Positions 28,362 to 40,020 of a DNA stretch of 64,000 bases are shown in pieces. The stretch lies in the NCBI GenBank assembly GCA_963555755.3, contig OY820905.2, positions 1,472,001 to 1,536,000 of the forward strand, in the 5' to 3' direction. The notes under the pieces are model-generated. The model searched no databases. It worked only from the letters and a program-made list of their open reading frames with translations, and had not been told where the DNA came from. The translations under genes were made by a program, and so were the position numbers. The stretch comes from Nitrospirales bacterium. Its GTDB lineage: Bacteria > Nitrospirota > Nitrospiria > Nitrospirales > UBA8639. How positions within the stretch are numbered: the stretch's first letter is position 1; each line of letters begins with the position of its first letter.

Positions 28362-29629
28362 TAATGCAGAACGCGGCTGGCAATATCGTTGCGAAAATAC
28401 TGGCCATCAAAATGTATGGTTTGCACGGTGTCATAGGCCTTGCTTCGTGCTTGGGCAAGGTTCGAGCTCACAGCCGTCACCCCGAGAACCCGGCCGCCTG
28501 ACGTCACAATCTGGTCATCTTTCCACGCAGTCCCAGCATGAAAAACAGGAACCGATTCCGAGGAGATAGAAGCAGGAAGCCCTGCAATCGGCACGCCCGT
28601 GGGATATTTTCCAGGATACCCCTCGGAGCTCATCACCACGCATACGGCAGCTTCCTCGGACCATTCAATGTGCAATTGTTCCAGCCGGTGCTCCACCACT
28701 GCTTCCAATACATCGACCAAATCCGTTTTTAACAATGGCAAAACTACCTGCGTTTCGGGATCTCCGAACCGAGCATTGAATTCAAGCACATACGGCACAC
28801 CATCTTTGACCATCACCCCCGCATAGATCACGCCAAAGAACGGACTGCCGACCCGTGCTAACCCTTCAATCGCTGGATACAGCACTTCACGCATAATGGC
28901 GTAACGCAACGCCGGTATGGCCAACGGCGCTGGGGCATAGGCTCCCATGCCGCCAGTATTGGGCCCGGTGTCGCCGTCTCCAACTCGTTTATGGTCTTGC
29001 GCGGCAAGCATCGGTATGACGGTTTTTCCATCGGCAAAAGCCATCAAGGTTATTTCCTCACCCTGAATACACTCCTCGATAATCACCCGTTGCCCAGCCT
29101 CACCAAAGGCATGTCGCTCAAGCATATTCAGGACAGCCTCTTTGGCTTCCTCATGCGTGTGGGCCACAACCACTCCCTTGCCTTGGGCCAATCCATCGGC
29201 TTTGACCACGATCGGGACGGGACGGGAATCAAGATATTGGATCGCCGCACTGACACTCTCAAACGTCCGCGATTCAGCTGTGGGAATCTGTTGGCGAATC
29301 ATCAAGTCTTTCGCAAAGGCTTTGCTCGACTCGATCCGTGCCGCATTCTTGGTTGGACCAAACACTTTGAGTTTGTTTCGGCGAAACAGATCGGCGATGC
29401 CAAGTGCCAGAGGGGCTTCCGGACCCACCACCGTCAAATCGATCCGTTCATCCTCCGCAAACTTTTGCAATCCCGTAAGATCATCAACCGCAATCGGCAC
29501 ACATGTCGCCTGCTGACTGATACCCGCATTCCCAGGCGCGCAGTACAATTTGGTCACACGAGGGCTTTGCGCCAACTTCCACACCAGCGCATGCTCACGC
29601 CCACCACCACCGATAACGAGGATTTTCAT
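28361..29629 (-). CDS. purD: Phosphoribosylamine-glycine ligase
   Basis: GGGGREHAL, APGNAG, VKADGLAQGKGV, DTGPNTGGMGAY, EFNARFGDPE. Confidence 0.97.
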   Translation of the reverse strand: MKILVIGGGGREHALVWKLAQSPRVTKLYCAPGNAGISQQATCVPIAVDDLTGLQKFAEDERIDLTVVGPEAPLALGIADLFRRNKLKVFGPTKNAARIESSKAFAKDLMIRQQIPTAESRTFESVSAAIQYLDSRPVPIVVKADGLAQGKGVVVAHTHEEAKEAVLNMLERHAFGEAGQRVIIEECIQGEEITLMAFADGKTVIPMLAAQDHKRVGDGDTGPNTGGMGAYAPAPLAIPALRYAIMREVLYPAIEGLARVGSPFFGVIYAGVMVKDGVPYVLEFNARFGDPETQVVLPLLKTDLVDVLEAVVEHRLEQLHIEWSEEAAVCVVMSSEGYPGKYPTGVPIAGLPASISSESVPVFHAGTAWKDDQIVTSGGRVLGVTAVSSNLAQARSKAYDTVQTIHFDGQYFRNDIASRVLH

Positions 29630-29642
29630 AATTCTTAACTAC

Positions 29643-29745
29643 CGTGATGCGTAATGCGTGATGCGTAAAAAAAGGAATGAACGAGGGATGAAGAGAAAAT
29701 TTCCACCCCTCTTCACGTATCACGCATTACGGATCACGCATCACG
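29643..29745. repeat. Inverted heptamer hairpin (CGTGATG/CGTAATG type)
   Basis: CGTGATGCGTAATGCGTGATGCG ... CGCATTACGGATCACGCATCACG; similar element at 58652-58733. Confidence 0.75.
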
Positions 29746-29748
29746 ATT

Positions 29749-31308
29749 TTAATGTCTAAAATGCCGCATGCCCGTCATGATCATCGCCAAATTCTGCTCA
29801 TCCGCCGCTTTTACCACTTCCTCATCACGAATCGAGCCACCAGGTTGAATCACCGTGGTAATTCCGGTCTGAGCTGCAGCATCGAGTCCATCGCGAAATG
29901 GAAAAAAGGCGTCAGATGCCATCACACACCCTTTGATTGGCAAGTTCGCCTTCATCTCCGCGAGTTTCACAGAATCAATACGGCTCATCTGTCCTGCCCC
30001 AATTCCCACCGTTTGGCCTGGCTTCGCAAACACAATGGCGTTGGACTTCACATGCTTGCACACCTTCCAAGCAAACGCACAGGCCGCGTACTCTTCTTCA
30101 CTCGGTGAGCGTTTGGTCGGAACCTTTAAAGTCTTTAAATCAGGAAGCGATCCCAGGTCACGATCCTGCAGGATCAGTCCACCGATCAACTTTTTCCAAT
30201 CAAAGCCATCTGAGGCTTGGCCTTGAAGTGAGCCAACCTCGAGCAGGCGCAAATCTTTTTTTCGTTTCAATTCTGCTAATGCATCTTCGGTAAACTCTGG
30301 CGCAATGAGCACTTCAACAAACGTCGAAGTAACTTCCTTTGCCATGGCGACATCCACTGGCCGATTACACGCAATCACACCGCCAAAAGCTGAAAGTGGA
30401 TCCGTTTCTCTCGCTTTCACATACGCTTCAACCGACGTCGCACCCAAGGCCACTCCACACGGATTGTTGTGCTTGATGATCACCACGGCGGTATCATCAA
30501 ATTCCTTGGCCAACTCCAGAGCTGAGTTGGAATCCAAGTAATTGTTGTAGGACATGGCTTTGCCATGCAGTTGCTTCGCGCCGGAAATCGATGGCTCGGT
30601 TGCACCAACTTCTCGATAAAACGCCCCATCCTGATGAGGGTTTTCGCCGTATCGCAACGTTTCCGCCCGCTCATACGTCAGGGATAACCTGGCAGGAAAT
30701 TTATCCGCAGTACCGTCGGCATTTTGTTGACTCAAATAATTCGCAATGAGGCCATCATACCGCGAAGTATGGTGAAACACCTTTTGCGCCAACTCTCGGC
30801 GGAGGGACGAAGACACGGTTCCAGACTTCAAAGCGTCCAACACCCGGCTATAGTCACTCGGATCAACCACCACAAGCACGTCTTCATGATTTTTCGCGGC
30901 GGATCGAAGCATAGACGGGCCACCGATATCGATATTTTCAATCGCATCTTCGAAGCGACAGTCCGGCTGGGCAATCGTGGATTCAAACGGATAAAGATTC
31001 ACGACCACCACATCGATGGGTACAATGCCCTGCTCCTGCATTTGTTGGACATGATCAGGCCGTCCACGACGACCTAATAACCCACCATGAATCTTGGGAT
31101 GCAGGGTCTTCACCCGCCCATCAAGAATCTCCGGAGAGCCGGTATGCGAAGACACCTCAGTCACGTCCAATCCCGCCTCTCTCAAAGCTTTTGCCGTCCC
31201 GCCGGTAGAAAGAATCGACGCGCCCAAGTCCACTAATCCCTTGGCAATTTCCACAACCCCGGTCTTATCAGACACACTAATTAACACATGGTTCAGTCCA
31301 CCCATCAT
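29749..31308 (-). CDS. purH: Bifunctional AICAR transformylase/IMP cyclohydrolase
   Basis: LISVSDKTG, GRVKTLHP, LRYGENPHQ, KHNNPCG, ASDAFFPF, RHFRH. Confidence 0.97.
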   Translation of the reverse strand: MMGGLNHVLISVSDKTGVVEIAKGLVDLGASILSTGGTAKALREAGLDVTEVSSHTGSPEILDGRVKTLHPKIHGGLLGRRGRPDHVQQMQEQGIVPIDVVVVNLYPFESTIAQPDCRFEDAIENIDIGGPSMLRSAAKNHEDVLVVVDPSDYSRVLDALKSGTVSSSLRRELAQKVFHHTSRYDGLIANYLSQQNADGTADKFPARLSLTYERAETLRYGENPHQDGAFYREVGATEPSISGAKQLHGKAMSYNNYLDSNSALELAKEFDDTAVVIIKHNNPCGVALGATSVEAYVKARETDPLSAFGGVIACNRPVDVAMAKEVTSTFVEVLIAPEFTEDALAELKRKKDLRLLEVGSLQGQASDGFDWKKLIGGLILQDRDLGSLPDLKTLKVPTKRSPSEEEYAACAFAWKVCKHVKSNAIVFAKPGQTVGIGAGQMSRIDSVKLAEMKANLPIKGCVMASDAFFPFRDGLDAAAQTGITTVIQPGGSIRDEEVVKAADEQNLAMIMTGMRHFRH

Positions 31309-31720
31309 GGTTCCCTTTTTAATTAATTCGATCGTGATAAAATGAAAAATCGATGATCAAAACGAGGAGTATGAGCTTATCAAATGGGCAGGTGCTCCGC
31401 AACGGAAAGCCAATATCAACAAATCCGAATCTCGAATATCGAAATCCGAAACAAATTCAAATGACCAAATTCCAAACACCAAAACGGGATTCCGCTGGAT
31501 GCGTAGGGGCTGGCCCTTCGACTGTGCTCAGGTGGTTAGGCTGAAGGCTGAAGGCTGAAGGCTTTTAGGGGGCAATTATGCGTGATCATACAAAACGTCA
31601 AGTGTTAGGAGTAATACCCTTCAGTCTTCAGCCCAAATATCAAAGGCAACATCGGCCTTCCCAAAATGTCTGACTATCGTGTATACTATGTATCAACATC
31701 ATTGAAAACTGGAAAGGACT

Positions 31721-32008
31721 GTGAACATGATCATACAAACAAAAATACAAAAATGGGGTAATGGGCTTGCGTTACGGGTTGCAGGAGCCATGCGGGATAT
31801 TCCCGGATTCCAGGACGGAACCCCTGTTGAGGTCACGGTCACAGACAACGGTCTGAACATTACAAGAGCGAAACGCAAACGGCGGCTCAATCTGCCCTTC
31901 AGCGAAGAACAGCTCTTGGCTGATCTCTCACCCAAAAAAGCTCATGCGGATATTCTTGCAACACCCGTAGCTCATGAAATGGGATTGTTGAATAATTCAC
32001 GTCAATAG
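31721..32008 (+). CDS. mazE: AbrB/MazE-family antitoxin
   Basis: KIQKWGNGLALR motif; upstream of a MazF toxin. Confidence 0.88.
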   Translation: MNMIIQTKIQKWGNGLALRVAGAMRDIPGFQDGTPVEVTVTDNGLNITRAKRKRRLNLPFSEEQLLADLSPKKAHADILATPVAHEMGLLNNSRQ

Positions 32009-32048
32009 CCAATACAAGCTTCAGATGATCCACAAATTGTTAGGGGGA

Positions 32049-32278
32049 GGGAATGTTCAAAAAAGCATGCCCTGAGTCTTTCCGAAGGGTCTATCCAGCC
32101 CTGTCCTGAGCAGAGTCGAAGGAAAGGCCGCAGCCCTTTTGACGCGCGGAGCGTACTCTCAGTACGTGAGCACGGCAAAAGGGCGACCTGCCTGCGCGAA
32201 GCCGCTTCGGCAGGCATGGAACCGCTGGCTTGTCAGCCGTAGCCTTGGCGTAGGCTGGCGGCTTTTTTCAACATTCCC
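32049..32278. mobile_element. MITE family A copy expanded by short REP-like palindromes
   Basis: GGGAATGTTCAAAAA...TTTTTCAACATTCCC ends; inserts such as CCTGAGTCTTTCCGAAGG, CCTGAGCAGAGTCGAAGG, GCGAAGCCGCTTCG. Confidence 0.75.
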
Positions 32279-32292
32279 GAAATAGATCCGCC

Positions 32293-32658
32293 ATGACCAA
32301 GCCCTATACACCAGAAAGAAATCACATCGTTTGGCTGGATTTCGAACCAACCAAAGGCAAAGAAATCGGAAAATACCGACCTGCCCTTGTTCTCTCATCA
32401 AGAGAGTACAATAAAAAAACCGGCTTGCTGATCTGCTGCCCCATAAGTACGAGTATTCGACGCGCTCAGACAGAAGTACCGATACGAAATTTAGAGAAGC
32501 CCTCGGTGGTCGCCGCTAATCTCATTCAAACACTTTCTTGGAAGAAACGAAAAGTTCAGTTCATTGATCATGCTGACCCCACCGTCATGGAACAGGTGCT
32601 TGTGCGACTGATTCCTCTGATTGGAGCCGATCGCATCATAGAAAATTTTGTTGAGTGA
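32293..32658 (+). CDS. mazF: PemK/MazF-family endoribonuclease toxin
   Basis: YTPERNHIVWLDFEPTKGKEIGKYRPALVLS...CCPIST. Confidence 0.92.
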   Translation: MTKPYTPERNHIVWLDFEPTKGKEIGKYRPALVLSSREYNKKTGLLICCPISTSIRRAQTEVPIRNLEKPSVVAANLIQTLSWKKRKVQFIDHADPTVMEQVLVRLIPLIGADRIIENFVE

Positions 32659-32814
32659 ATGCCCACTACATGACAGGCGTAGCTTCTACCCTTTGCCTCC
32701 GCTTCGCTACGGTCTGCTCTTCATCCCTGAGAAAAGCACGGGGCTTTCTGGCAGTTGTTGTAATGAAAATTCAGACCCATACATCCCCGCCAAAGCCTCA
32801 TGGACCCCGCACTT

Positions 32815-33325
32815 TCCTGCTTTATGCATGCCGGGGGGTGGGAAAAGAGATTCTTCGCCGCTGGCTCAGAATGACAAAGGGGATGGAAGCCTAGCCGGTC
32901 AACTTCGCTGAAACACTTAGGGCTCGCGCCCCTTGTCCTTTCAACCCTCCCCTTGTCATTTCGACCCTTGGGAGAAATCTCGACCTTCGGAGTCGCGCAA
33001 CAATACGTTCCATCAAACCACAACTCGAATCTCGAAAACCGAAACCTTTCCACATTCCTGCTTCATGCATACCGGGGGGTGGGAAAAGAGATTCTTCGCC
33101 GCTGGCTCAGAATGACAAAGGGGATGGAAGCCTAGCCGATCAACTTCGCTGAAACACCTAGGGCTCGCGCCCCTTATCACTTCGACCCTCCCCTTATCAT
33201 TTCAACCCTTCCCTTGTCCTTTCGACCCGCCCCTTGTCATTTCGACCCTTGGGAGAAATCTCGACCTTCGGAGTCGCGCAACAATACGTTCCATCAAGCC
33301 GAAACTCGAATCTCGAAAGCCGAAA
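32815..33325. repeat. Tandem duplication (241-bp period) of a REP-containing module
   Basis: GAGATTCTTCGCCGCTGGCTCAGAATGAC and GTCATTTCGACCCTTGGGAGAAATCT each occur twice; copy 2 carries extra ~20-bp units. Confidence 0.85.
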
Positions 33326-33493
33326 CAAATTCAAATACTTAAAAACAAAAACGCATGTCTACATAAGTCGACATACTCCATTTGAAACATTCGAATTTTG
33401 GATTTCGGGTTTGTTTCGAATTTCGATATTCGGATTTCGAGTTGGCGGCGAGGGAAAAGCTGCAAATCGGTTCAACGGATATTCACGCGGGTT

Positions 33494-34726
33494 CTAAGGT
33501 TCGGCGTCTGCCTGGTTCGACATCGTCCCCGGATTCGTGAGGATTTCAGTGGCAGGTGAAGTGGTGGGATCAGCGCGATAGATTCCTTCGGTGCCATCTT
33601 CCAAACGGGCATAGAAGGCGATTTGCCCGGCATCATTGAATCCGCGATTGGACAAGACGGGGCCTTCGACAATTCTGGTTCCGAATAATTGATCCCCTTG
33701 TTTGATGACGATATCGGTCTCGGGGTTTGGCCCCACAAACAACCCGGAGATTCCCGAGGCCAACACAGCGCTAAACACCACGTGGCCATGGTTGTTCACG
33801 GCATGAGCACTCACAAGATCTTGAAAAAGACCTTGGGTGGAGGCGAGAAGATGGATGTGCCCATCGACAATGGCCACAAGATGCTTCGCAACCCAGCCGT
33901 CTTGCGACTCGGAGGCTGTTTGCACCACGACCATTCCCTCGTCATTAATCACCGGCCGGTAAAACAAGAAATATTGCTCATCCCCATCTGTCAGAAGCGT
34001 GGTGGTCTGACCATCGCTCACAAACACTTTATCGCCGGTGGAAAAGGCCACCTGGCCGTGATTGTTTAACGACAACATGCCGACTTGGTTACTTTTCGAA
34101 TCAGGGATGGCCACGGACTTGCCACCGTTTCCAAGAAACACCTGCCTGCGTTGCTTTCGGCCTTTGGCCCATTTCCCTTTGAAGGCAAGCATTCCTTGGT
34201 TGTTGATCACCAGATCACCAAGAGTCGCAAACTCCTTGTTGCTGTACAGAAACTCCCCGGTGATATCGGCCCCACGGGAGTACCCAAATTCGCCACCTGG
34301 CCGTGTGCCGAAAAACACGATGTGTCCATTATCACTGACAGCCGGCGAGCCCCGAAACGCTTCAAAGTCTTCGGAGGTTTTGGCAATCTGGGTGGTGATA
34401 GATCCATCGGCCTTGAATATACCCTGTCCCCCGCCTACTAAATTCGCGCGGAACAGCACCATACCCTGCGCATCAATCGACGGAGCCAAATGGAATCCGC
34501 GATACACTCCGCTTCGGGTATCGGCAATCTTGGTGAATTGATAGGGAGCCGGATATTCTTGTGGAAAAGAAAAATGCCAAAAGCCTAGGACCGCGACACA
34601 CAACAACCCGCACACGCCAAGAAGTTTCATATTTCGCCGTTTCCGTGGGCTTGAGGGTTGGGAAGACTCATGTTGCGACCGTCCACGAGAGGCTTGTGAT
34701 CCCTCCTGCTTGTTCTTCACTGACAC
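33494..34726 (-). CDS. Membrane-anchored beta-repeat protein with NxxGxxAF-type repeats
   Basis: N-terminal TM, then INNQGMLAF, LNNHGQVAF, INDEGMVVV, VNNHGHVVF, FNDAGQIAF. Confidence 0.75.
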   Translation of the reverse strand: MSVKNKQEGSQASRGRSQHESSQPSSPRKRRNMKLLGVCGLLCVAVLGFWHFSFPQEYPAPYQFTKIADTRSGVYRGFHLAPSIDAQGMVLFRANLVGGGQGIFKADGSITTQIAKTSEDFEAFRGSPAVSDNGHIVFFGTRPGGEFGYSRGADITGEFLYSNKEFATLGDLVINNQGMLAFKGKWAKGRKQRRQVFLGNGGKSVAIPDSKSNQVGMLSLNNHGQVAFSTGDKVFVSDGQTTTLLTDGDEQYFLFYRPVINDEGMVVVQTASESQDGWVAKHLVAIVDGHIHLLASTQGLFQDLVSAHAVNNHGHVVFSAVLASGISGLFVGPNPETDIVIKQGDQLFGTRIVEGPVLSNRGFNDAGQIAFYARLEDGTEGIYRADPTTSPATEILTNPGTMSNQADAEP

Positions 34727-34839
34727 ACTCCATTCCTACTCTTCCCTCTCTCATGAACAACACAGGCTCACTATGATGAACGGAGGGATTGAGGCAGGGT
34801 CTTCTTCCTCGTGGCGCCATTTTGAAGACGATTGTACCG

Positions 34840-35144
34840 GAGCCTGTCCGAGATTAGCGATCGTCACGAGGGTGAGCTGGTTTGCGTCAGATATTTCGAT
34901 CGTTTGAGGCGAATAGTGGGACTATTCAACGAACAGGATCGGAAGATCTGGCCAAAGCCAGCTTGCCCGCAGTAGATCAGTTTAGGGCACTTCTAAAAAC
35001 CATCCTTTTCCGTGATGGCGGCGTCAGCCGCGTGCTCAAATCCTCATGTATTCACCCATACACTCCGGTTTTCCGCGCGCGGCTTCCTTGCCCTCACAAA
35101 AAATGCCTGGTTTGTAGAGGTGCTCTTTAATCTGGGACAGGCTC
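34840..35144. mobile_element. MITE family B copy with a nested family C MITE (34985-35126)
   Basis: Outer parts match 28141-28300; inner part matches 26101-26241. Confidence 0.85.
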
Positions 35145-35320
35145 CTGGCCGATGTTTAGGATTACTGGAAAATACAAGTCATTTGTATTACTTTATTCCA
35201 TCGGCTCTCGAGAACAGAACCTAAAGATTTTCCTGGCTGCCTTCTACCTGTGTTCATCAGAAAACAGCGAGGATGAGGACAAAACCGTCCTCTGGAAAGA
35301 CAATGATAGGGTACCCGTAT

Positions 35321-35541
35321 TCATGCAGGCTCGATAAAAACGAAACGCGGAGTTGTGGCATCGCCAGTAACTACAGATTCGAGGAACATGGCTTTGGGTC
35401 TTACCCACAGGCCACCTTCTCCATATAACGCCCGATACACCACGAACTCTTCCTCGGTTTCCGTATGTCGGGCGCAACCCAGCACCTGATAGTCTTTCCC
35501 CTTGTAATGCCGATACCGGCCTGGTGTGACAGTCTGTGACA
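35321..35541 (-). CDS. DUF1653-family protein
   Basis: GRYRHYKGKDYQV...HTETEEEFVVYRALYG...WVRPKAMF...RF; start near MSQTV (approximate). Confidence 0.88.
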
Positions 35542-35633
35542 TAGAATACGACCACCTTGAGTTAAAGGGTGACACGTAATAGGTAAGTCGTTATGAGGTG
35601 AATACTATTGAACGCATCAGGCTTCACGTCAAA

Positions 35634-37775
35634 TTACCCTCGTCGTTCCACACTCCCCTTCAGCCGCAACAGTGCGCATGTTCGTTCACCCAAGACATAT
35701 TCCCCTCCCCCCTTAAACGACCGACCCCGTTTGGTGGGTACTGGCATCGAGGTATCGAAAACCAACTCCCATCGAACACCCCGTTTATGGGCGGGAAGAG
35801 TGAAGGGTACGGCTTCATGGTGGGCATTCAGCAGCAACAGGAAGGTTTCGCCGGAAATGGCACAACCCTTGGCATCGACTTCCTCAATGGCATCGCCCGA
35901 CAGTCGAAAGCACAAGGATCGAAACCCCATTTGCCACTCTTCGTCTGTCATTTCTTTGCCATCCGCATGGAACCAGGAGATATCCTTGACTTCGGATCCT
36001 TGAATTTTTCGACCTTGAAAAAACCGACGACGCTGAAAGACCGGGTGGTTCATTTTCAATTTGATAAGCTGTTTAACAAACTCCAACAACAGTTGGTTCG
36101 ATTTCGTCAGATTCCAGTCAAACCAACTGATCTCATTATCCTGACAATACGCATTGTTATTCCCTTGTTGTGTACGGCCTAATTCATCACCACCGCAAAT
36201 CATAGGCACCCCTTGGGACAACAGCAGGGTTGCCAAGAAATTCCGCTTTTGCTTCTCCCGCAGTTCATTGATTTGCGGGTCATCAGTCACCCCTTCCACA
36301 CCACAATTCCAACTGAGGTTGTCGTCACTGCCATCCTGATTCTGTTCTTTATTGGCCTCATTGTGCTTGTGGTTGTAGGAGACTAAATCCGTCAGGGTAA
36401 ACCCATCATGGGCAGTCACAAAATTAATGCTGGCATAGGGTTGTCGGCCACTGGCTCCATACAAATCGCTGCTGCCCGACAGCCGATACGCCATTTCGCC
36501 CAACACACCACCGTCACCTCTCCAATAGCTCCGAATGGTATCACGATACTTTCCATTCCACTCTGCCCAACCCGGCGGGAAGTTACCGACCTGATACCCT
36601 CCCTCACCGAGGTCCCACGGCTCGGCAATCAACTTGACCTGGGATAACACGGGGTCTTGATGGATAATATCGAGAAACGCGCTCAACCGATCCACATCAT
36701 GCAACTCACGAGCCAAGGCCGACGCCAGATCAAACCGGAACCCGTCCACATGCATCTCCAACACCCAATACCGCAAGCTATCCATAATGAGTTGAAGCGT
36801 CCGTGGATGTCGCACGTTCAGCGTATTACCGCATCCCGTGTAATCCATGTAATACCGTTGGTTGTCCGGCATCACCCGGTAATACGTGGCATTATCCACG
36901 CCACGAAAGGAAAGCGTCGGTCCCAGATGACTCCCTTCCCCAGTATGGTTGTACACCACATCCAAAATCACTTCGATGCCCGCACTATGGAGCGTTTTGA
37001 CCATAGTTTTGAATTCATACACTTTACGGCCTTGCTCAGGAAAGGCGGAGTACCGAATATCCGGCGCCAAAAATGCAATCGAGTTGTATCCCCAATAATT
37101 AGTCAACCCTTTGTCGTACAGATGTTTATCATTCACAAAGTGATGGACGGGCAGGAGTTCAACTGCGGTGACGCCCAGAGACCGCAAATATTCAATCATA
37201 GGTGGCGAGGCGAGACCGGCATACGTTCCACGCAAATGCTCGGGCACATCAGGATGACGCATGGTGAAGCCCCTCACGTGCACTTCATAGATCACGGTTT
37301 TTGACCACGGCGTGTTGAGCAATTTATCCTCACCCCAGGTAAAGGCCTGGTCAATCACGACACACTTGGGCATATTGCCCGCATTATTGCGCTCGTCATA
37401 CGAGAGATCTTCACCGGAATCCCCCATACGATACCCAAACATGGCATCCGACCATTTGACCACCCCCGTCAGCGCCTTCGCATAGGGATCAATCAGCAAC
37501 TTAGAAGGATTAAACCGATGCCCGGCATGCGGATCATACGGCCCATGCACACGGTACCCGTAAAGCTGGCCAGGTCGGGTTTCGGGTAAATAACAATGCC
37601 ACACCAAATCGGTACATTCTTCCATTCGAATGCAATGGGTTTCCTGATCCTGTTGTTCATGATTAAACAAACAGAGTTCCACGCCAGTAGCATTTTCTGA
37701 AAAGAGGGCAAAATTGACCCCCTCCCCATCCCATGTCGCTCCCTGTGGGTAAGGCCGTCCTGGCCATACTCTCAT
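35634..37775 (-). CDS. glgX: Glycogen debranching enzyme (GH13)
   Basis: [43 protein letters not shown]. Confidence 0.96.
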   Translation of the reverse strand: MRVWPGRPYPQGATWDGEGVNFALFSENATGVELCLFNHEQQDQETHCIRMEECTDLVWHCYLPETRPGQLYGYRVHGPYDPHAGHRFNPSKLLIDPYAKALTGVVKWSDAMFGYRMGDSGEDLSYDERNNAGNMPKCVVIDQAFTWGEDKLLNTPWSKTVIYEVHVRGFTMRHPDVPEHLRGTYAGLASPPMIEYLRSLGVTAVELLPVHHFVNDKHLYDKGLTNYWGYNSIAFLAPDIRYSAFPEQGRKVYEFKTMVKTLHSAGIEVILDVVYNHTGEGSHLGPTLSFRGVDNATYYRVMPDNQRYYMDYTGCGNTLNVRHPRTLQLIMDSLRYWVLEMHVDGFRFDLASALARELHDVDRLSAFLDIIHQDPVLSQVKLIAEPWDLGEGGYQVGNFPPGWAEWNGKYRDTIRSYWRGDGGVLGEMAYRLSGSSDLYGASGRQPYASINFVTAHDGFTLTDLVSYNHKHNEANKEQNQDGSDDNLSWNCGVEGVTDDPQINELREKQKRNFLATLLLSQGVPMICGGDELGRTQQGNNNAYCQDNEISWFDWNLTKSNQLLLEFVKQLIKLKMNHPVFQRRRFFQGRKIQGSEVKDISWFHADGKEMTDEEWQMGFRSLCFRLSGDAIEEVDAKGCAISGETFLLLLNAHHEAVPFTLPAHKRGVRWELVFDTSMPVPTKRGRSFKGGGEYVLGERTCALLRLKGSVERRG

Positions 37776-37996
37776 TTACGATACTCCTTATCCACGCCGT
37801 GAACTTGCCGAAGGCTACGTACCCTACCGTAATAATAATTCTCTTGCAATTTCAACCGAAATGGTACGACACGGAACACACGATTGGAAATTCTTAAATT
37901 GAAGCAATGGTTTTTTGTATGGGTGATCACGCATGCTGTTTTTGTTATGATGCTCCCCCGTCAAGACTCTTTAGCCACTCAAGGAATTCTGAAAAC

Positions 37997-39868
37997 ATGA
38001 CACCCAAACCACCCCATCCATGGACTTTGGACCTAGGCGCCACTCTCATTGATACCAACACAGTCCAGTTCAAAGTCTGGGCGCCATCGGCGGAAGCCAT
38101 GAGTGTTCAGATTCATTCGGCGAACCCATCCCGAATTCCCCTAGCACCTGCCCCAATGGGGTATTGGGCAGGAACAATCCCGAACGTACCTGCTGATTCA
38201 CTCTATAGTTTCGTCATCAATCAACATCTTGAACGTCCGGACCCTGCCTCCCGATTCCAACCCAATGGTGTCCATGGACCTTCTGTTGTGGTTGATCCAT
38301 CGGCCTTTCCCTGGAATGATCAAAATTGGAATGGCCTGCCACTCGAACAATTTCTTATTTATGAACTCCATGTGGGCACCTTTACACCTGAGGGAACATT
38401 TGATGCGATCATCAACACGCTTTCCTATTTTCGCGATACCGTGGGCGTCACGGCGATTGAATTGATGCCCGTCGCTCAATGCCCAGGCATTCGCAATTGG
38501 GGATACGATGGGACGTACCTGTTCGCTCCCCAAGCCAATTATGGCGGACCCGCAGGGCTCAAGCGCTTGGTAAATGCGTGCCATGCACAAGGCCTCGCCG
38601 TCATCATGGATGTGGTCTATAACCACTTAGGGCCAGAGGGAAATTATCTTGGCGACTACGGCCCCTATTTCACGCACCGCTATCCAACACCTTGGGGACA
38701 GGCGATCAATTTCGATGGTCCAGACAGTGACCCTGTTCGACACTTTATCATCAGTAATGCGTTGTACTGGGTCACGGAGTATCACATTGATGCGCTTCGG
38801 CTTGATGCGATTCACGGCATCTTTGATTTCAGCGCCAAACATATTTTGCAAGAGTTAGGGGAAGCCGTTCATGAGCAAGCGAGAACATTAGGAAGAGCGA
38901 TCCACGTCATCGCTGAAAGCGATCTCAATGATTCACGGGTCATCACGCCAATCAATAAAGGAGGATACGGGCTAGATGGCCAATGGAGCGATGATTTTCA
39001 TCATGCCCTCCACTGTTTACTGACAGGGGATAAGAATGGCTACTACGAAGACTTCGGGAAACTCGATCAGTTGGCAACGGCAATCACAGACCGATTTGTG
39101 TACTCAGGCCAATATTCATCCCACCGAAAACGCGGTCACGGCAATTCCGCAAAAAGTGGCTCGCCAACCCAATTCGTTGTTTTCTCCCAAAACCACGATC
39201 AGGTCGGAAACCGTGCCCATGGCGACCGGCTCTCTACTCTGATCCCCTTTGAGGCGCTCAAACTTGCCGCAGCCACGGTTCTTCTTTCCCCAAATATCCC
39301 ACTGTTGTTCATGGGAGAGGAATATGGAGAGACCGCGCCCTTTCTTTACTTCATCGATCACGGAGACGAAGGACTCATCGAGGCAGTTCGACAAGGAAGG
39401 AAATCTGAATTCGCCACCTTTGGTTGGACCGATGTCCCCGATCCCTACGCGCAATCAACCTTTGATCAGTCACGAGTTAACTGGGACAAGAAACTATCAG
39501 ATGAGCAACAATGTCTGCTGAATTGGTATCAGGCCTTAATCAAACTTAGAAAATCCGTCCCATCTCTTGGACCTGGACACAAGAAAGACACATTGAAAGT
39601 GTGGACTGATCGAAAGGCAAAAGTCTTAACGATATATCGAACCAGCCAGTCTAACCCAGAAACTTTAATCATTTTGAGCCTCAACAAAAACGAGACCAGT
39701 ACTTCGCTGGTTAAACCAGAAGGGAAATGGGACCTGCGCCTCGATTCACACTCACCAGAATTTGGCATCCAACAAAATACTCCTGCCCCCAACAACCTAA
39801 CCTTGCCGCAAGACAACCTTTCTCTCCAACTCCCCCCCTACGCCGTGCGGGTCTACACAAACCAGTAA
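37997..39868 (+). CDS. treZ: Malto-oligosyltrehalose trehalohydrolase
   Basis: PDPASRFQPNGVHGPS, YELHVGTFT, RNWGYDG, LRLDAIH, QNHDQVGNR; start taken at MTPKP. Confidence 0.93.
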   Translation: MTPKPPHPWTLDLGATLIDTNTVQFKVWAPSAEAMSVQIHSANPSRIPLAPAPMGYWAGTIPNVPADSLYSFVINQHLERPDPASRFQPNGVHGPSVVVDPSAFPWNDQNWNGLPLEQFLIYELHVGTFTPEGTFDAIINTLSYFRDTVGVTAIELMPVAQCPGIRNWGYDGTYLFAPQANYGGPAGLKRLVNACHAQGLAVIMDVVYNHLGPEGNYLGDYGPYFTHRYPTPWGQAINFDGPDSDPVRHFIISNALYWVTEYHIDALRLDAIHGIFDFSAKHILQELGEAVHEQARTLGRAIHVIAESDLNDSRVITPINKGGYGLDGQWSDDFHHALHCLLTGDKNGYYEDFGKLDQLATAITDRFVYSGQYSSHRKRGHGNSAKSGSPTQFVVFSQNHDQVGNRAHGDRLSTLIPFEALKLAAATVLLSPNIPLLFMGEEYGETAPFLYFIDHGDEGLIEAVRQGRKSEFATFGWTDVPDPYAQSTFDQSRVNWDKKLSDEQQCLLNWYQALIKLRKSVPSLGPGHKKDTLKVWTDRKAKVLTIYRTSQSNPETLIILSLNKNETSTSLVKPEGKWDLRLDSHSPEFGIQQNTPAPNNLTLPQDNLSLQLPPYAVRVYTNQ

Positions 39869-40020
39869 CTGTCAGACTCAGAAATAGTTTGAAAGATAAT
39901 CCTCGCCTCGAGTGCGGCGGAGCGGTGGCCCTGAAGGGACCCCGTCGGCGGGGGCGAAATCCTTCGGAAAGACTCAGGGCAGGTTTTTTGTTCCGGCAAA
40001 AGTGACCAAAACCATTTCCG

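Noticed and set aside
28991..29638. Long antisense ORFs over purD (also over glgX at 36657 and the IS66 genes)
   Set aside because: Shadow frames of well-supported genes on the opposite strand.
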